Part shown: one piece after another, positions 12,525-28,344 of the stretch
Position numbering within the stretch: the stretch's first letter is position 1
Layout of the letters: each line of letters starts with the position of its first letter
Origin: Octopus vulgaris
Lineage: Eukaryota
Length of the DNA: 64,000 bases
Direction of reading: 5' to 3'
Assembly: GCA_951406725.2 (NCBI GenBank)
Contig: OX597820.1
Coordinates: 12,524,001 to 12,588,000 of the forward strand
The notes under the pieces: model-generated
What the model saw: only the letters and a program-made list of their open reading frames with translations
The model's database searches: none
Told to the model about the DNA's origin: nothing
Position numbers and translations under genes: made by a program

Positions 12525-12967
12525 TATCACATATTTTGTTGGAACTCTTGGAGTCTTGCATGTGTAGTGGGCTTGCCACCTGCAGCCTACGATACCATTC
12601 TATCCATTCTTTTGAGTAATCTAATACTTCCTTATTGTTCTGCGACAAGGAGGCAAATCTTTTGTAACAGTTCTACTGGACACTCTATTACAATTTCCTT
12701 CATATTCTCCTTGATGTCTTTTGCTACTGTTCCCAAGGACTCAACAATAATTGGCACTATCTTCACCTTCCTCGTTTTCCGAAGCCGGGCTATTTCATAC
12801 TTGAAAGGGTTGTATTTATCTACCTCTTCGCCTTCCTTCATGACTATTCGTGCGCCAAGAGGGCATGGAACATCAAATATATAGCATATGTGATGCATCT
12901 TGTCCACCATCATTAGGTATGGTCTTTTATGTTCTAACACCTGATATGTTGGATTGGGAAATCCCTG
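12495..12967 (-). mobile_element. R4/Dong-type LINE 3' fragment (restriction-like endonuclease domain)
   Basis: ORF 12632-12940: HKRPYLMMVDK...IFDVPCP...DKYNPFKYEIARL...VKIVPIIVESLG...LLQKICLL, the RLE RPD..D...KY..L motif series; (TAA)n tail at 12495-12525. Confidence 0.85.
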
Positions 12968-12969
12968 GG

Positions 12970-13290
12970 GATAAACAGCGCATGACCTTGCACGTGGGGC
13001 CCAGTTAGAATTTTCTTCTGGTCGAGTAGCACATCTTGCTCAAAAGGTCCCTGAATAAGGGTTATTTAAGGATGTTGAACGAAACACCCATGTTCCCAGA
13101 GGTGAATTATCCAAACCCCAAAGAATTCTTCTCAACACATGGCTATGATGCTCCCCCACTACTTCTGCTCGTGATCAGAGATGCACATATCGTCATCCAC
13201 TAAGGGACATGCTCAACTGGTTAAGGTCAAACAACTGACAAGCAAATCTGTGGCATTGAGCAGAATATTTGCTGTGGCCCATCTTTTATT
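12970..13290 (-). mobile_element. Family C retroelement, 5' part, abutting the RLE fragment
   Basis: gataaacagcgcatgaccttgca...cagaatatttgctgtggcccatcttttat matches about 18517-18838. Confidence 0.8.
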
Positions 13291-13366
13291 GTTTTTATTA
13301 TTGTTGTTATTATCATCATTATTATTATCAATATTATTATTATTATTATCATCATCATCATCATCA

Positions 13367-13424
<58 letters not shown>

Positions 13425-13925
13425 CATCCAGTAGACTTATTGCGTACTTTCACTGCAGTACCGAGCACAGCTTTGTGTGCCTTCGATATGTGCTGTGGTT
13501 TTGCTTTGGTTTTTTATATCTTTTACTGTATATTGAAAGTGTCCTGAGTAGGATGTGTGCGACGTGCTGTAGTGTTATTGTTGTGTCATCTATATTCTGA
13601 AATCCTGGGATTTTTGTGGCGTAGCTGTGTGCATGTTGTTTTTGCCCTTCCTAAAGCACATATTAAGCGTGGTGTGGATTTTAAGGTTGCACATTCGGAT
13701 TATTTATGTTTTCAGATATTTGTGTTTCGATAGTTTCTCTTCTATAAATTATCTTTTAGACATACATTACCGATTGTTGTGCCTGATATGTTGATTACGA
13801 GGTTTTTTTTTTTTTTGGTGCTCCTTGGTAAAAACATTTGTTCGACAAACCTGATCTCCATATTTTTGTTTACTGCCATATCCACTGCATGGTTGCTTTG
13901 TCATTTTCTGAGATGTTACCCGTCA
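13290..13925 (-). mobile_element. R4/Dong-type LINE 3' fragment with (TAA)n tail
   Basis: Minus strand encodes decayed ENDKAT.. and AHILLRTLSI C-terminus; 3' UTR shared with 59503-59720; long ATT/ATC tract at 13290-13425. Confidence 0.7.
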
Positions 13926-14473
13926 TATAACTTGTAACTTTAGAAGTACAACTTTGCTACCAAGTATAAAATGAGAAAATATAGCATACATACGCTAATT
14001 AACTTTTGTCAAATTACTTGGTATATGTTCACAAAGATGAAATGAATAAAAATTTTCATACGAAAAAAGTTTTACAGCGTAAAATGAAATGAGATAAAAT
14101 GTATTTCTCATTTGTATAATTCATCCCATAAATAGTCATTTACTCACCTCTCCCTCCTCCTCCTCCTCCTCTTCCATTCCGTCTCCTCCTCCACCTTTAC
14201 TCTTTCTCCATTCTCCCCTCCCCTCGTTTTCCTCCCTCCCTTCCTTCCTTTCTCTCTCCTCCCTCTCTTCTTCCACCACATCTTCCGCTTCCCCTCCCCT
14301 CTTCCCCTCCTCTTCTCTACGTCTATTTTCCTCTCACACTGCGCATAAAATTTGTTTCCGCACTGCCTGCCACCAAGCCTATTATGCGCATTCATCCTGC
14401 ATCCTATTTTCTCTGTATCTCTTATTTTTGTCCTTTCCCTCATTTTAATTTGATGTAAAGCATGACTGAATAA

Positions 14474-14600
14474 ACAACCAACCAACCAACCAACCAACCA
14501 ACCAACCAACCAACCAACCAACCAACCAACCAACCAACCAACCAACCAACCAACCAACCAACCAACCAACCAACCAACCAACCAACCAACCAACCAACTA
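14474..14600. repeat. (CCAA)n microsatellite
   Basis: About 30 perfect tetranucleotide units. Confidence 0.97.
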
Positions 14601-14799
14601 ACCAGCTAGCCAACGTTTTTATCGGCCATTATTATATAGATATTTTCATTTACGTAACAAAAAATAAATGAATAAAACAATAGTATTGATTTCGCTAAGT
14701 GTATTCAACGAAGCTGCTTCCCATATATTCAGATATTTAGCACATATCTTCAGGTTCTAGGTGGATGAAGGTGAAATACTTTCTGCAGTGTGAAAGTTA

Positions 14800-16300
14800 A
14801 CTGTTATGCTGTTTAAAGATAGCTATTTGGTAATATTTACATGCATTGCAAATAGTGCTTGCATAATGATTTCAAGTACCATTATCTCCTTGCAGTTCCA
14901 AAGCCGTCTAATGCTCATTTCTTGTATTCATATATATTTGCATTGCTTTCACTTTCACCCATGTATGAATTAGGTAAATTGCATCTATAATCCTCATAGG
15001 TTCTGGTATCTTTTTCAAGGATAAAGATATACGATTTTCTATGTCCTGTGTGGATTTTCATGTGTGATTTAATGCAGATTTAATGATTTAATGCAGATTT
15101 AATGATTTAATGTAGATTTCCGACAAATTTCACTAGTTCACGATCATAATAATATTCTGAGCGAGTCCTTTTGAGATTTTTGCATAATTACCAGTGTATT
15201 GTTGATGCAGTTTTGTAGTATGTCCCAACCATCGTGATGTTTCTGTTGCAGGTTTTTTACATTTTGATAGAAGTAAGCTACAATCTCTAGTTTTTCGCCA
15301 CATGTTTACATAATATATCTACATAATATATCTTCGGATTTCTTGTGTATGTATCTTCTGTTTTGGAGATGCTACAGTAGTACCGCTGGAAACTTTCTAT
15401 AATCCTTTTCCCTCAACCTGACTCAAGAAAGGATGCTTCTAAACGAGAAGTTCTTAAAAGAAATTCTTAAAAGAATTTCTCGTTCAGTTTTTATTTCTTG
15501 TCTTGTTTTATGATATCTACTTAAATTTACTGGTTTTATAGTTCCATCTACTTTTTTCAGAATGTTTATCTATAGTCGACGCCGTCTTGCCCAAACAATA
15601 GTTTAGTATCACAACACAGTTTTCTGTATTTGTCAAACTACTTTCACCGTCACTGGTTTCCATGTAGAGTCTTTCAGTAGCAATCTTTTTGAAGATAATT
15701 AAGAATCCCGTAATTCTTTAGTGTCCCAACAGCTGTAACAGCATTGCACAGAATGAACGAGACAGCTATCTCTGTTAACATCACTATTTTTCAGGTAGTA
15801 TTTAAATATTTCAATCACTCTTCTGTCTTCAGTTCTCAGCGCATCCTTCGTTTCTTTTTGTTTATGCTATCAACTTCTGAAATACCTGTATGCACTCAAA
15901 AATATTTTATGAATTTATTTTATATTCTCACTTTTGGAAAGATCAGTTGCTCTTCTCTTAAACATTTCCCCCTTTTCATGGTAAAGATATCACATTTATT
16001 AGTGCTGAATTCCATGAGTTGTTCCTCACTGAACACTTGTACACTGTTCGACAAAGTGTGAACTCGTTCTTAGCAAATAAGTTCAGATTATCTTTAGATA
16101 AACGATAGTTGATAGTTTCTTTATCTATTCCTAATTCATCTTTCGTTTTCCATTCTTAAAATATAAGTCTTTCAGATGAGAATGATTACAGATAGAATAG
16201 GACATAGATTATCCCTATGAAATATATCTCGGATTTTAATTACTTTCTCACATTTCTCATCGGCCGATAAAAGTACTGGCATTCTGTGGTTCCAATGACT
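14800..16300 (-). mobile_element. Heavily decayed RLE-type (R4-like) LINE
   Basis: Minus-strand fragments HRKSYIFILEK...IIDA (cf. RPDI..D) and IRRLWNCKEIM; many stops, boundaries uncertain. Confidence 0.45.
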
Positions 16301-16364
16301 TCATGTTGACGGCTATTCTGAATATGTGCAGCCATTTGTTGATCAAGGAATGCGCGATACATAG

Positions 16365-18290
<1,926 letters not shown>

Positions 18291-18330
18291 TTGTTATTAT
18301 TATTATTATTATCATTATTATTATTATTAA

Positions 18331-18370
<40 letters not shown>

Positions 18371-18846
18371 GAGTGAGTGAGCATGCATGCCATCAATGTG
18401 ACACTGGGCTAAAATATACGAAATCCAGTATTCCCATCATGACTACTCGTCTGATAAGGGTACACCAGGCACATGCATCACAATCATATGTGCGTGACAT
18501 AGTGATCTCATATCAAGATAAAAAGCGCATGACCTTGCAAGTGGAGCCCAGTTAGAATTTTCTAACAGGTCGAGTAGGCCATTCCGCTGAAAAGGTCCCT
18601 GAATAAGGGTTGTTTAAGGATGATGAACAAAACACCCGTGTTTCCAAAGGTGAATTATCCAAAGTCCAAAGAATCCATCTCAACACATGGTTATGATGCT
18701 CTCCCACTACTTCTGCCCGTGATCAAAGATGCGCATATGGTCAGCCACTAAGGAACATTCTCAGCTGATTAAAATCAAACAACTGACAAGCAAATCTGTG
18801 GTACGAAGCAGAATATTTGCTGTAGCCCATCTTTTATATCAAGACC
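18371..18846 (-). mobile_element. Family C retroelement, most complete copy (about 475 bp)
   Basis: Minus strand ends ...ctcactcactcAATAATAAT; no tRNA A/B boxes seen; reference for the other three copies. Confidence 0.82.
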
Positions 18847-18851
18847 GAATT

Positions 18852-19115
18852 TCTTCTTCTTTTTCTTCTTCTTCTTCTTCTTCTTCTTCTTCTTCTTCTC
18901 CTTCTTCTTTTTCTTCTTCTTCTTCTTCTTCTTCTTCTTCTTCTTCTTCTTCTTCTTCTTCTTCTTCTCCTTCTCCTTCTTCTTCTTCTTCTTCTTCTTC
19001 TTCTTCTTCTTCTTCTTCTTCTTCTTCTTTTTCTTCTACTTTTTTCTTCTTCTTCTTCTTCTTTTTCTTCTACTTTTTCTTCTTCTTCTTCTCCTTCTTC
19101 TTCTTCTTCTTTTTA

Positions 19116-19153
<38 letters not shown>

Positions 19154-19168
19154 GTTATTATTATTATT
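18852..19168. repeat. (TTC)n then (ATT)n microsatellites
   Basis: Direct reading. Confidence 0.95.
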
Positions 19169-19349
19169 TTGCTTACTTTCGGGATCGATAAATTAAGCGC
19201 CTATGGAGCACGTTAATCATCTGGCCCCACCGTCCCCCAATTTCCAAACGTTGTTTCTATAGTACAAATGATTATTATTATTATTATTTTAGTATTATTA
19301 TTAGTAGTATTTTCATTATTATCATTACCATCATCATTACGTAAGTATT

Positions 19350-19556
19350 TTGGAGTGGGAAAATCGTTAGAATGTCGAAAAACGAATTGCGTTATTTGTT
19401 CCAGCTCTTTATATCCCGAGGCGCAAATCTATCCTGAGGCCAAATTTTCCTTTCATTCCTCGACAGTCAATTTAAAATGATTCAGCAGTCAACTACCAAA
19501 GTTCATAATATCGACTAACCTCACAAACTTACTGACTTTGTACCGAAATTCAGAAT
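19350..19556 (+). mobile_element. SINE family A (decayed)
   Basis: aaatcgttag...gaggccaaattttcctttcattcctcg remnants. Confidence 0.5.
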
Positions 19557-19648
<92 letters not shown>

Positions 19649-20339
19649 GTTATTATTGGTAACATTACTATTACTATCATTATAATTATCATTGATAATG
19701 TTGTTGTTGTTGCTGTTATCATTATATTTAGCAGTAGAGATATTTGATGTTGTCATTGGTGTCTGTAGTAATATTAGTAGCAAGATTGTATGTAGTAAAT
19801 TTATTAACAATAGTCATGTTAGTAGAATTAGTATTATGGTAGCTGTAGTAGAAGTAGTTTTTCTTGTGATTTTGTTGTAGTTCTAATATTGGCATAGAGT
19901 ACATATTTTCATTATTAGCATATGTATGTGGATATATATATGTATGTGTGTGTGCGTGTGTGTGTGTATGTGTGTGTGGGCGTTATTATGTGTGTGTGTG
20001 TGTGTGGGTATGTGTAGGTATAAAGTTTTGGTAGTGTATAGAATAGTATATTAGTAATAATAATAACGTTTGCAGAAGAAATGAAGAAATTATCCCTCAC
20101 TGTGTTTATATGTAGGCACAGATTGTTCTCAAATTTCCTCAGAAAGTGAAATGAAATGGAACGAAATATAATTAATAACATGAAGTAACATGATTACATC
20201 ATTACATTTAAGAATTTTAATTGAAGTCTTCCAGTACCTGTATATAAATAACTTAATCAGCAATTACATCATTTCACTTGACTAACGTCATTATTATTAC
20301 AAGTGTTATATATCTATATCTATATATATATCTATATAG

Positions 20340-20389
<50 letters not shown>

Positions 20390-22656
20390 CATATGCCTGT
20401 GTGTATGTGTGTGTATATACATATATACACAAATGAACTTATATATATATATATTGTGTAAGTATATACACATGAGTGTGTTTCCTAGTGCGTGTATAAC
20501 ACTATTTTCATGCATATCATGTCCTCACGCAGTTGATTGAGTGGGTTTGCAATTTTTGCATATTAAGTGCAATATTAATCTTTAGACTTTCTAAATTCTA
20601 TTTAGTCCTTAAGAAATTTGTCTATATTGTGTAGAGAATGATAAAGGTGATATATACCCTTGGTAAGAATAAAGATGTATAATGACTCATAAAGTAAAAA
20701 ATTTATCATTTCTCATGGCCAAATCATGTTTGTTTATTCTGTAAATATACACTCTAAGCCGCCTACTGTGTGCAAACGCATATGCGATAATATACAGATT
20801 GTAAGAGATAGCTTGGTCATTTACTTAGTACAAAATCAGCGTTTTAGGATTATACTAAATGAAACAAGTCTTAAATCACCTGCTAAATTTTACGTCTCAG
20901 TTTTTAAAGCTATTAAATATAGATACATATTTATTTTCACTTATTTGTCGGTCTATTAGTCTGTGGTATGAGTAGAATATTGCTGATTTGCATCATTTCC
21001 CTCTCCTGTAAATGTAAGTTACTCCCATAAATATATAGAGTTGATAATAAATTATATATTTCATTAATTTGCAATTCATCATCCGATCAATAATAAAAGA
21101 AACACTTCCTCGCAGGAAACAACGGACACACTCAAAGACCTGTGAATTAGTTTCGACATAGAAAAGATGCTACAATGTCAGTAAATATCGCAAATTATGA
21201 AACATTATTAGTGAAAGCCTTTGCTTCGTTTTCTTTTGAATTTAATTCATGGACGGTAAAATTGAATCTACCATATCAAGTAAAACACATCTCGTTCCTA
21301 TTAAGGTTTACAAAGAAAGTAAAATTTTAATCATGGTAAAATGCTAGATATAATCTTATAAATTATGAATTTAATTGGGACTACTAATAATTATTTTAGA
21401 AATGTTAATACTGTAATTTATGATCTTAATGTTGATAAAATATATTATTAATCTCAGAATTTATTTGTGTTTCAGTATGTCAAAGCATGATTTTATGTTA
21501 CTTTCATTTCATTTCATCAATATTGTCTGCAAACTGTCTTGTTAAACTTTGTATTTATTATTCATGTTGTAGATATCTGTACACATATCCAATATATGTT
21601 GTTATCACAATAAACCACTAACATATTGTATTATTGTAAATATAACATTAAATGTGTATAACATTTTCTTTGAATGTTCATATTCTGTCAAATTAATTCT
21701 TTTTCTTTTTCTTGTGGTCTTATATTTCATGCTAAGTTTTCAAAATGTATATTTCCTTATCTAATGTAAGCGGTTCCATGTTTGTCATTTTGACATGTCA
21801 CCCAAGGCCTCTCCTTATAATGATCACAATCCCGGGGTACATATTTTTACGATCATATTTATTCATAAAGGAAATATGCTTATCACTATGTTCTATAATA
21901 CAGAAAACAAGTTTCAAAATCGATTTCAGAAACTCAGGCTTAAAATGACAGGTGTTTTATCAAATTTTTCATTACGTTCATTAATGTGAACTAATAAATA
22001 ATTTCAAAAATATAGTAAATACTATCAACTACTTGATAAATCAATCGGTTGTATCAAAAATGTTTAAAATATTTTTAATTGCATCTCCGACTAATGTTGG
22101 TAAACTATTGGTATCAAAAACTATTAGACAAAAACATTGATGATTCAAGGCGATGCCGTTGAACAGACATAGAGGTAGTATCTTTTAATGGACTTTACCT
22201 AGATGAGCTGTATTTCCATTAGTTATCTAGAATATGCTTTATGGATATAATAAAATAGGAAACAATCTTCTGTAATTCCCTTTTATATTAATAGATTATA
22301 GACATGTAATTAAATTATAATATCCGACGTGAAAGCAGTGTAACTTTTTTAATATTTTCTGCATTGATTTGTTTCTATCTATCATATCAAAATTCTTCAA
22401 ATTTCATTAGGATAATTAAGCCATCCAAATAGAGTTCTTCCAATTATTAAAATTATATTTATTGATAAAAATGAAGTATATTTGTGGTAAGCAAATTTTG
22501 ACTGGAAAAGTTTTAGTAACATTAACTAAGCACACTCGCACAAGCACACGTAGGTCTTGTATACATACAAACGCATAAGTATATATATACATACACACAC
22601 ATGTATACATATACTTACACATATATATATAATATATATATATATATATAATAAAA

Positions 22657-22828
22657 TATTAGGGAATAAATCCAAACTTACAGGGAAAAATCAGATTTAG
22701 GATTGAATCCAATTTTATAGTAAAATATTATATTATATTAAGTTAGAGATAAAACCACTATTAGGCAAATCCTTTGATTTATATTTAAATTCCATATAAA
22801 TATGATTTGCCTAATAGTGGTTTTATCT
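22657..22828 (-). mobile_element. Short element between TA microsatellites with a perfect 25-bp inverted repeat
   Basis: agataaaaccactattaggcaaatc (22747-22771) and gatttgcctaatagtggttttatct (22804-22828). Confidence 0.6.
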
Positions 22829-22894
22829 AAAATGTAATATAATATATATATATATATATATATTATATATACATACATACATATATACATACAC

Positions 22895-22926
<32 letters not shown>

Positions 22927-22928
22927 CA

Positions 22929-22989
<61 letters not shown>

Positions 22990-23200
22990 AAGTTTAATTA
23001 CAAATTTGCTTAGAAATATTTATTTTAACCTCGCAGTGAAACCAAATCTCTGTTAGCAACAGAACTCTCATTAGCTTCAAATAATTGACTTTCATCACCT
23101 AGGAAGATCTGAGTATCAATAACATCTTCGTCTATATTCGTCAGCTCACTTCTAGAGACTGAGTGAATATATTTAGCATTACTTAATGAATTGTATATAT

Positions 23201-23363
23201 AGGCGCAGGAGTGGCTGTGTGGTAAGTAGCTTGTTTACCAACCACATGGTTTCGGGTTCAGTCCCACTGCGTGGCACCTCGGGTAAGTGCCTTCTGCTAT
23301 AGCCTCGGGCCGACCAATGCCTTGTGAGTGGATTTGGTAGACGGAAACTGAAAGAAGCCTGTC

Positions 23364-23435
<72 letters not shown>

Positions 23436-23662
23436 ATGTGTGTGTATATGTTTGTGTGTCTGTGTTTGTCCCTCTAGCATTGCTTGACAACCGATGCTGG
23501 TGTGTTTACGTCCCCGTTACTTAGCGGTTCAGCAAATGAGACCGATAGAATAAGTACTGGGATTACAAAGAATAAGTCCCGGGGTCGTTTTGCTCGACTA
23601 AAGGCGGTGCTCCAGCATGGCCGCAGTCAAATGACTGAAACAAGTAAAAGAGTAAAAGAGTA
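23201..23662 (+). mobile_element. tRNA-derived SINE family B with internal (TA)n(TG)n
   Basis: Head gtggctgtgtggtaag (A box) and ggttcagtccc (B box), CORE-like cctcgggtaagtg, tail ccagcatggccgcagtcaaatgactgaaac followed by gtaaaaga repeats. Confidence 0.9.
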
Positions 23663-23689
23663 AAAGAATATATATATTGGGGACTGATA

Positions 23690-24230
23690 TTTATGTGATT
23701 GGTCCGGAGAAGAAACTGTATTCAGGTTGTAAGCAAATTTTTCGAGATTAGTGAAATTGATGCCGTTAATTCCCGTTTCAATAGTTGCAAATGAAGCGCT
23801 ACAGGATAACATTTCTCGATGTAGATCTCCCAAGATTAGATATTCTCGGAAAAAGACTAGTTGAGTGGCTAGTGGTGGTGAAGAGGAGGGGGGACTTACG
23901 GTGGTACAAGAAAATGAGAGACGAGTGAGTGGAAGTTTCGTGACTGGCGATGGCGTGAGAGCAGATAGTCCTTGACTACAAGCCTAGTTAGTATTCCAAG
24001 AAAAGGCAGAAATGAGGCAGCAGGTCTGTGAGGCAGGATTGTGTTTGTAAGTTACTTTATAGAAACAAGAAGAGTGGAGTATCGTTGAATGCAGTCTAAG
24101 ATGTCTTTCAGAGTAACCATAATGTCGACCAATATCTAGGACAGTACACCATCGTAGATTACAGCTGAGCTAGATAACTCTTAGAATTTAAATTATGTTC
24201 TATGTCCGAACTAGTAAACCAGTCTTTGAG
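23690..24230 (-). mobile_element. Decayed LINE apurinic-endonuclease region
   Basis: Minus-strand remnants RKSPP (cf. YRSP) and ILGDL (cf. LGDFN) in the expected order; locally higher GC. Confidence 0.4.
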
Positions 24231-25914
24231 AGGTAGCTTTTGCTTTCTGCATTTTCGTCAGGAGATTTCCTCAGTAGCAGTAAGAACCGATATGTGGTGT
24301 ACTTCATATTCAAGAGCTATGTTGTACGATAAACTTCTATTACTATGAATAGATTATATGTATACTTCCTGTAGAAGGAAACATGATTGGCATGACCACA
24401 TTGGACAATATACGTAGTAGTTAAGCTTGCACTTGAAATTAATTAACTGGAGCACTTTGGTTATTTGAAATTAAATTTATAAAGAAAGTTATAGCTACAT
24501 ATTTACACAGTGCATATTTTGCTTCAATATGAAAATCAATCCCCTTGTTAAAATACAGGTCACCATATCGGGTCTTGTCCCATCCTGTTTTTACATTGCA
24601 TATAACCGTATTCACTAAGTAGTCTCATCAGCAAAAGAAGTGATAAAATTTTGACGAGGCTTTAACATCAGTCGAAAGCATTTCTTAAAGTATTACTGAG
24701 AAAGTTGTGTTGTAGTACGGGTCCATTTAGGTAATGAGGCGAAAATAAAATTATTAAGCATCTTAATTATTGCTGATATCTTAAAATGAATTTCTCTCAT
24801 GTGTGTATATAGATACCAACTGCCTGTTTTAAATAATTTCCATTCGATTTATAGTTATGTTATACCTTCCTACAACGTATAATAAACTTTTGCAAGTATC
24901 AATGTTACAACGGAGCACTTTTCTATTACATACCACACTGCATTTTAGCTCACCTTAAATTCCATATAAAGTCAAGCTCTGATGTCTCATTATTTTTGCA
25001 TTTGCTATGGAGGAAAAGCACGTATTTAATAAATATTTTCTTTACCAGAATTGACTATACCTGATATGAAGTACCCTCTTTACCATCTATCCATAGGAAT
25101 TTCAGATTGTTTAAAATGTTACACACACACACACAGACAGACACGCTCACACATGCACGCACATGTACGCACACACACATGCACGCACGCACGAACGCAC
25201 GCATGTACGCACCCATTCACACACACATGTAGATACACACATGAAGAGAGCGAGAGAGCGAGAGAGCGAATGAGAAAGATAGAGAGACAGAGGCAGACAG
25301 ATAGACAGAAAGAAAAGACGTGTGCCAGAGGAGGGACACTGAGAGACAACTCCTAAATTTGTATTTAATTACAAGAAAATAATGCCGAGCAATTGACAGA
25401 GCTTTCCTGCGTCGAAATCTAATGGTATGTGAAGGGATTTAACTGACTCCATAAACTTCATATTTCGAAAATCTAAATTGCGCCAGGCTTCTCTCTGTCC
25501 CTGGATTTTGCGAGACAATACCTCTACGTACTAATATAGCTCCTCAGTCACAACTCTTCTTAAGTGAATGCAGAAAAAAAAGCCGACCTGAATATCATAT
25601 ACGTCCACATATCCGTGACTACGATCACTGAAAACAAAAGTGGTTTATGTCATAACTTTTAAAAGATCTTCAACTAATGAAAGAAACTGTTAATTATTCA
25701 CCGACAGGCATACATATTCCAAAAGAAATATATAATCGGGTCTGAAAAAATAATATAATTGATAGCCAGTAGTGTAGCAACAGTAACAGAGTACCATCAA
25801 ATATATCTCAAACTGCACATGTGCGCACGAAATTGACCAACAGAATTTGGGACGATGCTAATTCGTGTGAATTTGAATTTTCTGTAACACCGGCAACGAT
25901 CTATTTCCCAGTAC

Positions 25915-26002
<88 letters not shown>

Positions 26003-27295
26003 TTCATTAGATTAATCCGTGGTGTAATTGCTATGCAGAGACATACACTTGAATATGTGCGCACCAAGACAGCACATATCAACTTAACGAATTCTTTCCT
26101 TCTCTCACTCCTCCTTTAATTCTGTTACCGTTGTTCGCTCCCTAATTTGTGACTCCGGGCAACGTCCCTTATAGGCCTAAATAAAAATGATATATATTTG
26201 CGCACGCAAGCACAAACACACACATACACTCACTCACACACACACACAAACACACACTAGCATGTTTGTGTGAATGCATTCGTTTGTTTGTACGCACATG
26301 TAATATATCCCTATTTGGCTAGAATTCTCTAGCAACTCTAGTGTTTACACGGTTTCTACCTACTTGCCTTCATCTCCAACAACACCCACATTAATGAATA
26401 TAATATTGTGTTTCTATCCTTCTTAATCTTCCGTAACATTAGTGTCAACCTCATACAGCTGTACAAGTGGAACGTTAACGGCATCTACCTTACCAGTCAA
26501 AGAGTGTCTGCGAAAACCATAAATGCAGTGTCTTCTTCAGAAAAAGAACGTAACATAATTTCGCAAACACACACATATGTATTTGATATCATATTATTGA
26601 ATATTAGACACCTGAAAACAGATGTTCAACTTTCATATTGTTTTCTTAATGACTGTTCATATTCAGTCTAATATGCAATAATTTAATACATGTATAAGAA
26701 TGTGAGTCACACACATAAATGTTCTTTTATTCTATGCGCACACAGTTATGTCCCCACACAATGTGTTTCAAACAATCCACTTTGTACATAATTTCTTATT
26801 TTCAAATAATTATCCTTGCATATTTATATGTTTATAAACATCGTATTCAGGTCATATATCCACGCATTTATTCATCGGATACTTAGCAACTGTATATAAA
26901 ATAAAGACTTTATGACATGTATGTTTGTTTATATTTTGTATTAATCTATCTTAAAATCCAGTTTTACAATTTAATATCAAACATTCTTTGGAAAGTATAC
27001 TGATATTTGCTTTATATTTAATTTAATTGTGTGATAAATCATTACTAATAATATCACACACAAATTTTATAATGTAATTTTCATTGAAAACATCTGAATT
27101 TCAAAAATTTCATTTCATCATCAAAATTTGTTATTAATGTTTATTCGTAACTTATTGTTTTTTGAGAATGTTTTTATAACAGACATAGTTTTGATGCATA
27201 TGCTGACATTAACGACACATTTTCTTAAATTTTAATAAAAATTAAAGTCATAAACCCCAAAATGAAACAAATTTTATCCTCTGAATCTATTTCAG

Positions 27296-27525
27296 TTGAA
27301 CCGAAAAGCAGCAAGAAAACTCGCTTGAAGGCGTTCAGCAGTTCCTTAGATACACCGAATAGCCGGAAAGCATCCAAAGAGTCAGTTTCGACATTGATTC
27401 GGGAAAACCACAAGCCTCAACCCGACGTACAGGTCGGAATTGAAGAGGACCAGAAGAGCCCGGATAGTGTGATTTGTAATGATCTTGAGGACATTGAAAG
27501 TAACAGCAGTCAATCCAGACCATAA
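27296..27525 (+). CDS. Probable terminal coding exon of an unidentified gene (Ser/Lys-rich then acidic C-terminal tail)
   Basis: Pyrimidine-rich acceptor ttttatcctctgaatctatttcAG (ends 27295), sharp rise in GC and complexity, open frame EPKSSKKTRLKAFSSSLDTPNSRKASKESVSTLIRENHKPQPDVQVGIEEDQKSPDSVICNDLEDIESNSSQSRP to TAA; no TE motifs. Confidence 0.6.
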
Positions 27526-27842
27526 TATCAGCAATATGTTGATGGCAACGTCTGCTTGTGCGCAATCAAAAAACACGCTAAACTAGTGAAACTAGTGCAA
27601 GCAATAGAGACTAAAATAATATTCGCCCTGTTCTGCTGAGCACTAGTTATTACTTTTTATATTTTTTTCATTCATTGTTTTTTTTATATATAAATGTATA
27701 TTATAAATATATGTATATATATATATATATAAACATATATAAACATAAATATATATATGTATATAAAAACATATATATATATATACATATCTGTATATGC
27801 AAGTATATGTATATATATAAACATACATGCATATGTGTGTGT

Positions 27843-27883
<41 letters not shown>

Positions 27884-27956
27884 CACACAAATAAGTATCC
27901 ATGTGCATAGAGCCACATACATATATGAATATATATACATATATATACACATGGGC

Positions 27957-27989
<33 letters not shown>

Positions 27990-28312
27990 GATATATATAT
28001 ATATATATACAATTGGTCAGTTATGGGTCACTTCCATTGTAGACGTTGTAGGTGGAGGGATTATGAAGCATAAATTACAAACAGTATATTGGTAAATATG
28101 CATATATATGTATGTATATATATGTACGCATGCATGTATATATATTATATATATATAATATTTATATATATAAGATATATATGTATATAAGTATATAGTT
28201 ATATAGATACATATATGTATATGTACGTTTGCATACATCTCTTAGTAAATTAGTACAAGCAATTATAATACAGCATTTACAAATCACATCACATCAGACG
28301 CACAAAGAAATA

Positions 28313-28344
<32 letters not shown>

